A DNA stretch of 64,000 nt from Octopus vulgaris. Lineage: Eukaryota. Below, one piece after another: positions 14,150 through 25,741 of this stretch (the stretch's first letter is position 1; each line of letters starts with the position of its first letter). The notes beneath the pieces were generated by a model. That model was not told the origin of the DNA. It searched no databases and saw nothing but the letters and a program-made list of their open reading frames with translations. The stretch is from assembly GCA_951406725.2 (NCBI GenBank), contig OX597816.1, positions 78,120,001-78,184,000 on the forward strand, in the 5' to 3' direction. The translations under genes were made by a program, and so were the position numbers.

Positions 14150-16100
14150 ATCTGAATATTTAAATTTTGCAAATATTTTCAAGGACTTTCTCTTCAGATA
14201 CACAGCAGCAGTGACATTGAACTACTGATACCAAGTCTAAATAGCCATTTTGTAGTGACTCTCAGCAAGAGACATATCTGTTCACTGAACTGATGACAGA
14301 TTCCAGTCCAACTTTACAATAAATGATAAAAACAGAGCTATGTGCACTTGCTCAAAATGTTCAACTGATAGTGGTGCTGGAAAATAGATATAAAACAACC
14401 TTAACTCTTGAAGTCTAGTAATGCTTTTAGAAACTAGAGATTTTGATGAAAATATGAAAAACATAAAAATATAACTTAGAGTTTTTACTGGTTTTCTCAC
14501 TTTCACCTGCCCAGGTCAGTTGAATGCAGGTAATTTCACATATATTTACAAGATATTCATTACAGAGCATGGATTTCATATCTCAGAACTGAATTTGTAC
14601 TTCAATTAATTTCTTTAACTTGAAGCTGCACAACTTTCATTAGAAAAAGCATTCTGAGTTATGCCTTCCATTTGCAGATTCTGTAAGGCCTAACAAAATC
14701 AGTAGTATTTACTCTTATTACAATAATCATGCTCTTGTCATAATCCCACCAGTATGTAGAGACCCTAAATTTCAAATATATCAATAAATTAATGTTTTAT
14801 TTTTTAGTCCTTTCCATTTACTAATGAAAGCATCAAAGCCATGATCAACTATGTGATAACTCCCTTTCAGCACAGAATCAATCATATAAGTAGCTGATAT
14901 GTACAGATGGCAGTGAAGTATCATGAAATTAAGTCATTAATAAATAAAGTAAATCATTAATAAACCATATCCCCAATTCTAACTTGTTGTTTGGAGTATT
15001 AACCTCTCAAACACCCATTCAGCTATTGTGCCTAAAAATCAAAGGAAGAAAAAAGTTTAAGAAATTTACTTGATAAAATGTAAAAATAAACACACAGTAC
15101 AAACAAAGTATTTTGACAAGAAATCCTTTTTAAAATGAGACCACACTTCGTCTTTTCACAGAAAAGTGCTTAGTTCCTGCTTTGCAGACACAAACACCAA
15201 CACTGATTGAATAGTATTTATGCACCAGGCAGGAGTTGTCAATGGTTGTGGTTACTTGCAGTAAAGGCCTTTAAGAGTTAATCTTTATAATTATCAAAAT
15301 CTTATTAACCACTTTGTCAAACTCTATGAAATATATACTAAAACATTTCCTTAGACTTTAGATCTTTTTCATTGAAAACTTTATATATCCATTTAAAAAA
15401 TAAAACCAGATCTCCTGAGTAAAAAAGAAAATTGCAGCAACACTATTATAACAGACAACTTGTTCAATCAGAAGGTAAAATTGTTGGAAATAATTAACAA
15501 ATGCATGACAACAGCATAAAATGTGTTTTACATGACTTGCTTTAGAAAGAATCAACTAGTAATCATCTGTCTGAAATTGATCAGTATGTTTCCAAATCTA
15601 TTTGGTAAGTCTAACTTTGTTGTAGGGACTGTGCCAACTTTTAGCAAATAAATATTCCAACAATAATAGTCAACTCAATGTTGAAGACCACCTATAGTAG
15701 CCAACCTTTTCAAAAGATCCATTAAGCTGCTGATTAAGCTAAGCCAGAAAAACAAAACAATAGAGTATTGTTTCACCTTCTCAAATATATCTTGGTCATA
15801 AGTCACTGAATTACTAATGATACTTCAGTAAAATCGTAAATTTTAATAATTATCATCCTTTGCATTGTTTAACCAAGGGTTAGACAGGTCAATCCATCAA
15901 TCTCCTTTTGTCTTCAACTAAACTTTTATTATATGTACATATATAATAAAGCCAACAGATATTTATATAAATATAATTTCTTCTTGTTTTTTTCAGGAGT
16001 TGGTAATGAATGTGGCAATACAAACAACTTTCAGGCTCCATCAGTTTTATGGTGAAGGAAACTGAAAAATTTCAAAATCAGTCTTGAGACAATAATGTTG
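14150..16100 (-). mobile_element. Possible decayed hAT transposase remnant
   Basis: Minus-strand KHILCCCHAFVN (CxxH motif-like, ~15495-15530) and FPAPLSVEHFEQV (resembles the hAT dimerisation motif P.TS...ER.FS, ~14345-14385), in the expected order. Confidence 0.3.
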
Positions 16101-16316
16101 AGAAACCAATCAACCACTGGGTCTTTACAGTCAGATGTAGACACCAGGGTGGGATGTGGCATTCACCAGGGTTGGGTGTGACAGACATTAAAGCAGGATG
16201 TAGTGTAAACACCAGGATGTGTGTCTGTGTAGACACTAGGATAGGATGTGGTATTTACTTTAATTTTGGTGGACAAACAAACCAATCAACAAACATACAG
16301 AATCTCCTTTTTATTA

Positions 16317-16363
<47 letters not shown>

Positions 16364-16391
16364 AAAATAAAAACATGCTGCCAAGGATTCA

Positions 16392-16475
16392 GCGGTACAT
16401 ATGTTTCGGGCCTTTATTAGACAGATTTATAACAATGCATAATGTATGTCTGTGGCCTTCTTCAGAACTCCGCGC
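16392..16475 (-). ncRNA. Type I hammerhead ribozyme motif (PLE-type), core intact, stem I offset by 4 nt
   Basis: GCGG-aguu-CUGAAGA-aGGCC...GGCCc-GAAAC-AUAU-GUA-CCGC; palindromic stem III ACAUAUGU. Confidence 0.7.
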
Positions 16476-16597
16476 ACAACAGCTTCACACAAGGACATGT
16501 GTTACATCAAAAATTCTTGGTTGGGGATGCAAATGCCCTAGCTCATTCCCCAACCAAGAATTTTTGATGTAACACATGTCCTTGTGGAAGCTGTTGT

Positions 16598-16677
16598 GCA
16601 CGGCTGAAGAAGGCCACAGACATACATTATGCATTGTAATAAATCTGTCTAATAAAGGCCCAAAACATATGTACCGC
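16598..16677 (+). ncRNA. Type I hammerhead motif, G12>A mutant copy
   Basis: CGG-CUGAAGA(16604-16610)-aGGCC...GGCCc-AAAAC-AUAU-GUA-CCG; a CpG-type transition at 16662 destroys GAAA. Confidence 0.65.
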
Positions 16678-16808
16678 TGAATCCTTGGCATCATGTTTTT
16701 ATTTTTGATCAATTTACTCCACCACCTACACCACCAAACGGTATACACAGGTGCTTATAATTATCAAGTACTCACCCCGAATTTATTATATATATATATA
16801 TATATATA

Positions 16809-18487
16809 CACTACCGTCAGAAATTAATTAGCACCCTTGATTTGCTCTTCACTCAAGGTATTTGCTGTCACCTAGTGGCCATATCTCGAACTATTGCTTT
16901 GTTGTGAGTTCACTGTTGTGCAGAACGATGACGTAACGTTGTTTGCAGAGCAGTTTGAGAGTCTACAGCCTAATGATGTGGACATAGCAGTGCAACAACA
17001 ACTTGGAGTGCGGATGCAGACAAATCTTCCTTTGTTTAATAGATATAGGTAGCGCCTCGCAAGGACCAAAATCACACCGTACTAAGTTTTCTCATTGTGT
17101 AAGACGTTTTGAACAGCTCGTAGGTTAATTGAATTGTGTATTTGCAAGATTTTTTTTCCTCACAAATTCTCCTACACTCTGCTTGATGACGTCACTTCCG
17201 GTTCACAAAACTTTCTGTTATACATCAAATAAGGTGAGAAATTCTGCTTTCTTTCTTTTTTGCTTAATGAATAATAACTCATAGCAGTTTTTTTATAGCA
17301 TAACATTATTCAAATGAATAGTTTTAATGAAAATAACTGGTTTTTATCGTTCATTCCTAGATGGGCCCAGGACCTCGCATGACCTTGGAGAGACGGTACG
17401 AGGCTCTCTCGTGGCGTGAGAAGCTGTCGGAGGCTGCAATAGCCAGAAAACTTGGTGTAGCCAGGCGCACAATTCAGTGCTTATTTAAGAAATACGAGGA
17501 AACCAGATCAGCAGCTGACAAAAAGGGTAGGGGACGGAAGAGGCTGACGACCCAGCAGGAGGACCGGATGCTGATCCGAAAGTCACTGTACAACCGAAGG
17601 GCAACGAGCCGGCAACTGGCGGAGGAGATGCAAAAGATGACAGGGAAGCAGTTGTCTACAACCACCGTCAAGACCAGATTACTGGAAGCCGCTCCTTACA
17701 GCCCAAAACCGGAAGAGGCGGCTGCTCTGGCCCCGTGCCCACAAGACATGGACCGTGCAGCAGTGGCAGACAGTGATGTTCACTAACGAGTCGCGATTCA
17801 GTCTCGTCAGTGACAAGCCTGTCCATGTGCGACGCTGCAGGGGTGAGCGCTTCAACAAAGACTGCATTGCTCCCACCATGAAGCATGGTGGGGGTGGTTT
17901 GATGGTGTGAGGGGCGTTCAGCTACAGTGGTGTTGGGCGGCTCTATGCCGTCGAAGGCAACATCAACGCAGCAAAGTACGTTGAGATAGTACGGGATACC
18001 TCTTTTGTGGCGAGGAGTACGTGCTCCAGCAGGACAACGCGCCTTCCCACACAGTCAAGCTCACAACCGGTTTCTTCAAGGACCATGGAGTGACGGTCAT
18101 GGACTGGCCTGGCCAGTCACCTGACCTGAACCCTATTGAGAACCTCTGGAGTCGATTGGGTAGGGATTTGAATGTGCAGCAATACAGGAACCGACACGAG
18201 CTGTTTGGAGCACTTCTTGCTGCATGGAGGGCCATCCCTGCACAGTACCTGCAGGCACTCATAGACAGCATTCTGACCTGCGTAGCAGCTGTCATTGCTG
18301 CCAAAGGAGGAGCAACAAGATATTGACTAAATTTCACGATTAATAACAATTATGTGGTGTGCTGGGATATGTTTTAATAAATTTTTGATTAAAAACGAGT
18401 TCGTTTCTGATAATAAGTTAATTAAATTAAGAAAATGTAAGAAAATGTAGAAATTTGAGAAGTGCTAATTAATTTCCGACGCAAGTG
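16809..18487 (+). mobile_element. Tc1-family DD34E transposon, near full length
   Basis: TIRs CACTACCGTCAGAAATTAATTAGCAC / GTGCTAATTAATTTCCGACGCAAGTG, inserted in (TA)n. Confidence 0.95.
17361..18326 (+). pseudogene. Tc1 transposase pseudogene
   Basis: HTH (IARKLGVARRTIQ), GRGRKRLTT, VMFTNESRF (first D>N), KHGGGGLMV*GAF, QQDNAPSH...SPDLNPIENLW with 34 residues between D and E. Frameshifts near 17690 and 18000, plus a TGA stop. Confidence 0.9.
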
Positions 18488-18810
18488 TATATATATATAT
18501 ATATATATATATAGATGATGGTTTGAAGTGGTGCATAGATTTTATACACTAAGAAAAAGAAGGTAGTCAGGAGTTGGATAAAAACTATTGATTTAGCGAG
18601 TTTGTCCCTTTCAGAGAGTCGTCATGAATGATTTCTTACGGGAAATTCATGTCTTTTATATGTGAGTTGCATAAAAATCTGGAGTTAATTTGGTTTACTT
18701 GGGTTTTGGAAAAAAGATGTTTTGAGAGTGGTTATTTGAAATGTTCTTTGTCATTTTGAATCTATATGTGTGTATGGTGAATTTTTAAACAATATATACA
18801 AACAATTATA

Positions 18811-19345
18811 CACTGAACTGCAAAAGAAACACGAGATGTGATTGTGAGATATGTTTTAATTTCATTATGTCAGAGATAAATTTTGATAGATCTGATAAAG
18901 TCAATTTCTTAGATGCACTTTGACCACAGTCTATGGGTCATTGTCATGTGTTTTGGTGGTGGGTGGATCCAGCACATCGAGATTGTAGGGTGTGACATGT
19001 TCAATACTGCCTATACCCTCCCTGGGTGTTCAAAATAGCTACAGACCGTTGCTACATGAAGTGCATGAGGTGGTTTGCAAATGTCATTGGCACCTGTGCC
19101 TACACCCTGAGGAAAGCTGCTTCCAGTCCCATACAAGTTGTTAGCCTTGGGACCACCTGGTTCAGCCATCTCACTGAATTTCATTCCACAGGTATTCAAC
19201 TGGGTTCAAATCCAGGCTGAGAGCCAGCCATGGCATGATTCTGATGTGCTGACGCAAGAAATCCATGGTGACCCTGGCCACGTGGGAGGGAATATTGTCC
19301 TGCTGGAACACGTGGCTATGTTGATGTGTGAAGAAGGGTATGAAG
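18811..19345 (-). mobile_element. 3' fragment of a second Tc1 family
   Basis: Minus strand QQDNIPSHVARVTMDFLRQHIRIMPWLALSLDLNPVEYLWNEIQ; TA|CACTGAACTGCAAAAGAAAC TIR-like end. Confidence 0.8.
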
Positions 19346-19999
19346 GTGATGTCTTAGGATCTATATCTCTCTCTTCCTATATTCAAATATCCCATTTATA
19401 TTCTGATCCTTTCCTTAAAACACTACTCTCACCTCATTCATATAAACTTTGCTTACTCCTTATAATTTCACCATTAAAATTAAATTGCATGCTTAAATTT
19501 CTTACATTAAAAACTCTTAAATTCTATTTTGGATGCTGTTCTATAACCATCAGCACTCTCACTGTTTTCAAGACCAATTTTTCTTAGCTTTATTTCATAG
19601 TTACGCATTACCACTTCTCTCACTCCACACAGATTACTTTATTGGTACACAAAACTGAATCTTGTCCAATCTCTGCTTTTAATATTTGGTCCCTTCCAAT
19701 ATGAGACTCGGACAATGTTTACAATGAGATATAGTTCTTCCTTCAAAATTTGCAAAATTAGTCAGAAATGAAATTTCTAAGATCTTATCTGATATATCCT
19801 ACATAAATTATCTTTTACTTTCTTACAGGCAGCAAGTATATATGACTGGTACAAGAACTCATTTTTAACTTAATTTCCAGAGAGTGGGGGTCAAATCTAA
19901 TCAATATATTAATACAATTATATGGCTGAAAAGTTTAAGAGAAAGTTTAGCAAAAGAAAACTTGTAGTATTTTAGAATTTAAAAACATCTTTTAACTTT

Positions 20000-20292
20000 T
20001 AGTCAAATTAATCCTATTTTTTAAACCTGGTACTTATTCTATAAGTGTCTTTTGCTGAACTACTAAGTTACAGGAACATAAAGAAACCAACACCAGTTGT
20101 TAAGTGATGGTAGGGATCAAACACAAACATGCATATAAATACACGTGTTTCTTTCAGTTTCAGCCTACCAAATCCATTCACAAAACTTTGGTTGCTCAGT
20201 GCTATAGTTGCATAAACTTGCCTAAGTAACAAGCAGTGGGACTGAACTTAAACCAACGAGTGAGAAGCAACCTTCTTACAAGTCACCATGCT
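20000..20292 (-). mobile_element. tRNA-derived SINE (decayed)
   Basis: Reverse complement of the family at 29979-30370. Confidence 0.7.
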
Positions 20293-20612
20293 AGTGCATA
20301 TATATATAAATGATATGCATGTATGATATATATGACAGGCTTGATACTGAACCTGAAAGCATGTGATGTGAACAACACAATTATATATATATTTAGTATT
20401 ACAAATTTGGGATCTTACCAACAGAACCACAACTCCTATTTCAGTACAACCTTATTGTCTGGAATACACATAGAAAGTTATATCCTATATAATAATAAAA
20501 TAATATAGGCATTTTAAAACCTACTATAAAGTACAATAAAATTATTTTAAAAACTTATCAAATATTTGAAAAATATATAAAAACTTATAAAATATTTGAA
20601 AAAAATATATAA

Positions 20613-22512
20613 TTTGCCAATGTTCTGCGCCGTGAGGATGAAAGACTTGAGGTATTTCGTGTTGCAAGACAGTGTGTGAGAGAGAATCGTGACGTGGTAG
20701 GAGAGAAATGTGTTCGCAAGGATGACGGTTCACTTGCGCTAAATGAGGATGCAAAGAGAGAGGCTTGGAGACGCCACTATGAAAGGTTGCTGAATGAGGA
20801 AAATGAATGGGATAAAGAGAGTCTGCCGAATGTCGACCCAACAGAGGGACCAGCAATCCGAGTTAACAGTTCCTTAGTAGTTAAGGCAATTACAAGCATG
20901 AAAACAGGGAAAGACCCAGGCCCATCAGGAATTACTGCAGAGATGCTCAAAATATCTGGTAGTATCGGCTATAGCCTAGTCACCCGTATAGTTAACCAGG
21001 TGATAGACGAAGGAGTCATACCCAATGACTGGTGTAGCAACATAATAGTCAACTGCTACAAAGGTAAAGGTGACGCCCTAGATACAAATAACTACAGGGG
21101 TATCAAGCTGCTGGATCAGGTAATGAAGGTTACGGAGAGGGTTATAGCCCAATTAATTAGAGAGAGTTAGCTTAGATGAGATGCAGTTTGGGTTCGTGCC
21201 AGGGAAAAGTACTACTGATGCTATATTCCTGGTAAGACAGCTGCAGGAGAAATACCTAGCCAAAGATAAGCCCCTGTATCTGGCTTTTGTTGACATGGAG
21301 AAAGCCTTTGACAGGGTCCCCCGATCCCTTATCTGATGGTCAATGAGGAAACTAGGGATAGATGAATCGTTAGTGAGAGCTGTGCGAGCTATGTACAGAG
21401 ACGCTGCTAGTAAGGTGAGGGTTGGCAACGAGTACAGTGAAGAATTCCGGGTAGAGGTTGGGGTCCACCAAGGTTCAGTCCTCAGTCCCCTCCTATTTAT
21501 CATAGTCCTCCAGGCAATAACGGAGGAATTCAAGACAGGATGCCCCTGGGAGCTCCTTTATGCTGATGACCTTGCTCTAATTGCTGAGTCACTATCAGAA
21601 CTAGAGGAGAAGTTTCAGGTGTGGAAACAAGGATTAGAATCGAAGGGCCTTAGAATCAACCTAGCCAAAACTAAAGTCCTAATAAGTAGGAAGGTGGACC
21701 AATCACAAACGACTTCAGGTAGATGGCCCTGCTCGATCTGTAAAAAAGGTGTAGGTAGAAACTCTATAAGGTGCACCAAGTGTAAGCTATGGACACATAA
21801 GAGGTGCAGCAATGTCAAAGGAAGGCTAACTAGGAAAATAGTTTTTGTCTGTGGCAGATGCTCAGGAGCAATAAACACTGGAAATGTGCAGAGACCAACT
21901 TCTACCACATTCCAGGGAGACAAACTAGAAGTAGTTGATAGCTTCCGCTACCTAGGTGACCAAGTCAGTAGCGGGGGTGGGGGTGCTGAAAGTGTAACTG
22001 CTAGAGTAAGAATAGCCTGGGCAAAGTTTAGAGAGCTCTTACCCCTGCTGGTGACAAAAGGCCTCTCGCTCAGAGTAAAAGGTAGACTGTATGATGCATG
22101 TGTGCGTACAGCCATGCTACGTAGTAGTGAAACATGGGCTGTGACTGCTGAGGATATGCGTAAGCTCGCAAGAAATGAAACCAGTATGCTCCGATGGATG
22201 TGTAATGTCAGTGTTCATAATCGACAGAGTGTAAGTACCTTGAGAGAAAAGTTGAACCTAAGAAGCATCAGTTGTGGTGTGCAAGAGAGACGTCTGTGCT
22301 GGTATGGTCATGTGACGAGAATGGCTGAAGATAGTTGTGTGCAAAAGTGCTGCACCCTAGCAGTTGAGGGAACCTGTGGAAGAGGTAGACCCAGGAAAAC
22401 CTGGGACGAGGTGGTGAAGCAGGACCTTCGAACTTTAGGTCTCACCAAGGAAATGACTAGAGACCAAGACCTATGGAAGTATGCTGTGCGTGAGAAGACC
22501 CGGCAAGACTAG
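20613..22512 (+). pseudogene. RTE ORF2 (RT with embedded PHD finger), disrupted
   Basis: Frameshift in an AG run near 21160 and TGG>TGA near 21334; otherwise open; the endonuclease domain is missing. Confidence 0.9.
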
Positions 22513-22718
22513 TGAGGCCATAACCCGTGGCCTCTACCTGGTATGTAGCCAGTCGACTTATACATACCTTTCCTTCTTGGGACACAAAACTCCACTTGTG
22601 AAGACCCGTTGAGGCAAGTGAAAATCAAAAAATCAAAATCAAAATCAAATCAGATATCAGAAAGCAGAACCAAAATCGAAGTCGCTCAACATCAATGGAA
22701 ATTGCAGCTGTGATACCA

Positions 22719-23122
22719 GTGCCGGTGACAGGTAAGCGAACCATCCGATTGTGGCCGTTGCCAGCACCACCCCGACTGGCCTCCGTGCCAGTGGCACGTA
22801 AAAGCACCATCCGTTCGTGTCCGTTACCAGCCTCGCCTGGCCCCCGTGCCGGTGGCACATAAAAGCACTATCCGTTCGTGGTCGTTGCCAGCCCCGCCTG
22901 GCCCCCGTGCCGGTGGCACATAAAAAGCACCATCCGTTCGTGGCCGTTGCCAGCGCCGCCCCGACTGGCCTCCGTGCCAGTGGCACGTAAAAGCACCATC
23001 CGTTCGTGTCCGTTGCCAGCCTTGCCTGGCCCCCGTGCCGGTGGCACATAAAAGCACCATCCGTTCATGGCCGTTTGCCAGCACCGTCTGGCACCTGTGC
23101 GGGTGGCACGTAAAAAGCACCC
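22719..23122 (+). repeat. Tandem array of 7 units (~61-66 bp) in the RTE 3' UTR
   Basis: Unit core CGTGCCRGTGGCACRTAAAA(A)GCACCATCCGTTCGTG. Confidence 0.9.
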
Positions 23123-23644
23123 ACTACACTCACGGAGTGGTTGGCGTTAGGAAGGGCATCCAGCCGTAGAAACACTGCCAGATCAGACTGGGCCTGATGC
23201 AGCCTTCTGGCTTCACAGACCCCAGTTGAACCGTCCAACCCATGCTAGCACGGAAAACAGACGCTAAATGATGATGATGATGATTTACCTGTTGTTAGTC
23301 TATGGGGAAAGAAGATATTTTTAATCAATGCTACACATGTTTCTGCACAGTGGTGTGTTTTTCCAGGCTATACCTATTACATAAATCCACCAGATAGGTA
23401 GTGAAATTTTGATGTGTTTATAATATTAGTCATTGAGGGTTTCTTTATGCCTAGCATTTTCTAGATATATCGGTACTGTATTTTTAAGTGTTTAATTTTA
23501 TTAATTTAATATTTTAATTTTTTTTATTTTAAAAAATATATTTGTAAGTTATATATTTTTATTTATATTCTTATTTTTCTATTTAATATGTATTAGAATA
23601 TGTAGTTTTAACTTTGATCCGTTAACAATAATAACAATAAGATA

Positions 23645-23730
23645 AATAGCCTGAGGACGCATTGGTGGATTTATGTAATAGGTATAGCCTGGGAAAACAC
23701 ACCACCAGCACAGAAACACGTGTAGCATTG
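23645..23730 (+). ncRNA. Type I hammerhead ribozyme motif (PLE-type, decayed helices)
   Basis: AAUaGC-CUGAGGA(23651-23657)-cgcaUUGGUGG...CCACCAGcaca-GAAAC-ACGU-GUA-GCAUU; palindromic stem III ACACGUGU. Confidence 0.7.
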
Positions 23731-25171
23731 ATTAAAAATATCTTCTTTCCCCACAGACTAATAACAGGTAAAGTGTATATATTTTTTCAAATATTTTATA
23801 AATAAGTTTTTTAAATAATTTTATTGTAATTTATAGTAGGTTTTAAAATGCTAATATTTTATTATTACATAGGATATAACTTTCTATGTGTATTCCAGAC
23901 AATAAGGTTGTCTTGAAAAATCCCAAATTTGTAATAATATTATAAATGATACTGTTTACATTGAATTAGAAAAGTCTAAAATAGTAAATGTCCTGATAAC
24001 CTGAAATACTTTTTATTCCCTAAGTTTTTTAAAAAAAATATGTGTGTATGTATATGGTATGTGATGAGAATTTATGGAAAGGTATCCCATAGAAACTCAA
24101 TGAACTGTTAAAGATGGAGAAGAGATGTTAAGATTTAAAAAAGAATTTAAAACATCCATATGATGGTTTCAAACAGAAATTGCCCCTTTGGAACCCTCCA
24201 AAGTAAAGGATGAAATAGAACTCAACCTTCTCTCACACACACACACACACACATATATGCCATGCCTGCACCTGTTGTATAAACAAACGTAAGTAAAAAC
24301 AAAAATACCTGCTCTAAGTATTTAAGCATTGGATTGCCCAGCCTGTCATCAATTCAGAAAGCATTTTATTCCACACCTCATTTTGTGTACCAAATATTAA
24401 AGTAGAGCCTAATCTAGTTTGGTACTAATGTCTTATTTTCATTAATTTCTAGGTCATAAAAAGTGAATAGGAAGAGTAAATACTCCATAACTCAGTTCAC
24501 TGAACCATTATCCATACTAATGTATTAAAAGTTTCTCAAGTCAAGCAATATATGAAACAAGGTTTTCTAATTGCTTCAGTGTATTAACACTTAATTTTAT
24601 GCTCATCTATTTATGATTAACATGCATAAAAGATATATCCTAATCTTAAGAGTTGTAGTAGTGGCCTGGTTTAGTAGTTTAGAACATCCATTTAGGAACA
24701 ACATTATCAATTTCAAAATTTAAAAAAGGAAAAGACATCCAAAGGAGGCAAAACTATTGAGTTCCAAAAAAGTGAAAATTTCCTATACAACAAATTGCTG
24801 GAGCTGAACAATAGAAAGCTAAAAATTTGTTTTCATTAGTCTTTAAATGGTAGGAATGGGTTACATGGGAGAAAAAAAAAAGAAGTTTTTTTTTTAAAGG
24901 CAATTTTTATGCATATCTTCAGTTTAAATAAATTCAAAATCTATAATAATAGTTAGTCTCTCACACAATAGAATGTGCCATAAAACATACACTTTCCTTT
25001 GATGATGCCCATATCGATGTACAATTTTTGAAGCATCAATTGATAAATGTGCACTGTTCTCTAATGAAACATCAATTGACGATGCCTGCTGTTTCAGGGT
25101 TAATGGCTAAAGTCATTAATATCTGATCATGCATATTCTCAAAAGTCAACAGTTTTACATTATTTCTAATA

Positions 25172-25472
25172 GGTCCAAGCATGGCTGTGTAGTAAGAAGT
25201 TCACATGGTTTCAGGATTAGTCCCTGGCACCTTGGGTTAGTGTGTTCTACTATAGCCCCAGATTGACCAAAGACATGTGAATGGATTCAGTAGAAAGAAA
25301 CTGAAAGAAGCCTATCATGTGTGTGTGTGTGTTTGTCTCCTTGTCTTAACCTCACATGATAGTTGTGAATGAATGCCAATATGATTTTCAATATTCTGTG
25401 AAAATATGTTCAGGCATAGTGAAAAATTACCATGCTTGGAAACAGGTTAATGTTGGTGATAGGAAGGGCATC
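25172..25472 (+). mobile_element. tRNA-SINE variant with RTE-like tail
   Basis: Head as in 29979, then TATTACC.TGCTTGGAAACAGG...TTGGTGATAGGAAGGGCATC. Confidence 0.7.
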
Positions 25473-25741
25473 TATATTTTCATAAACTACTTCTAGCAAA
25501 TCACTTCAGCAGACACTGACTCTAGCTTACTGATAAAATAATGAACAAAATAAATACTTGGGGAAGGATGATATGACTGACTAAAAACAGTCTTGAATGC
25601 CTGCACTATTGCCTTGAATTATAATGAATATCAAGAGACTAAAAACCAACCGTATCCCTGATAAAAACATAACTACACACTAAATTCGTTGTGAAACTCA
25701 CTACCAATTCTAACCCTCCTTACAGTAAATACCAACCATCT

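Larger units (their letters stand above)
16360..16709. repeat. 350-bp fold-back element (~170-bp arms, ~14-nt loop) with two outward-facing hammerhead motifs
   Basis: ATCAAAAATAAAAACATGCTGCCAAGGATTCAGCGGTACATATG... is the near-perfect reverse complement of ...CATATGTACCGCTGAATCCTTGGCATCATGTTTTTATTTTTGAT. Confidence 0.95.
20613..23284 (+). mobile_element. 5'-truncated RTE-clade LINE, young copy
   Basis: RT motifs KDPGPSGI, NYRGIKLL, QFGF.PGKST, FVDMEKAFD, GVHQGSVLSPLLF, YADD, FRYLG, RGRPRKTW; 3' UTR array and (GAT)n tail. Confidence 0.95.
20393..23937. repeat. Fold-back element with ~280-bp arms; left arm (20393-20612 plus 23285-23392) split by an RTE, right arm 23663-23937
   Basis: CAACCTTATTGTCTGGAATACACATAGAAAGTTATATCCT (~20447) and GGGGAAAGAAGATATTTTTAATCAATGCTACAC (~23304) are reverse complements of contiguous sequence in 23663-23937. 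Confidence 0.9.

Noticed and set aside
22785-22812. Pistol or twister ribozyme in the array unit
   Set aside because: Only a superficial stem-loop plus A-rich linker match; the conserved catalytic segments were not found.
22625-23120. Repetitive minus-strand ORFs (also 43033-43383 and 50579-51183)
   Set aside because: Open frames arise from the GC-rich tandem array or RTE antisense strand; no domain similarity.
22719-23122. CRISPR-like array (palindromic repeat plus spacers)
   Set aside because: The spacers are homologous to each other, the context is eukaryotic, there are no cas genes, and the array is part of a LINE 3' UTR.
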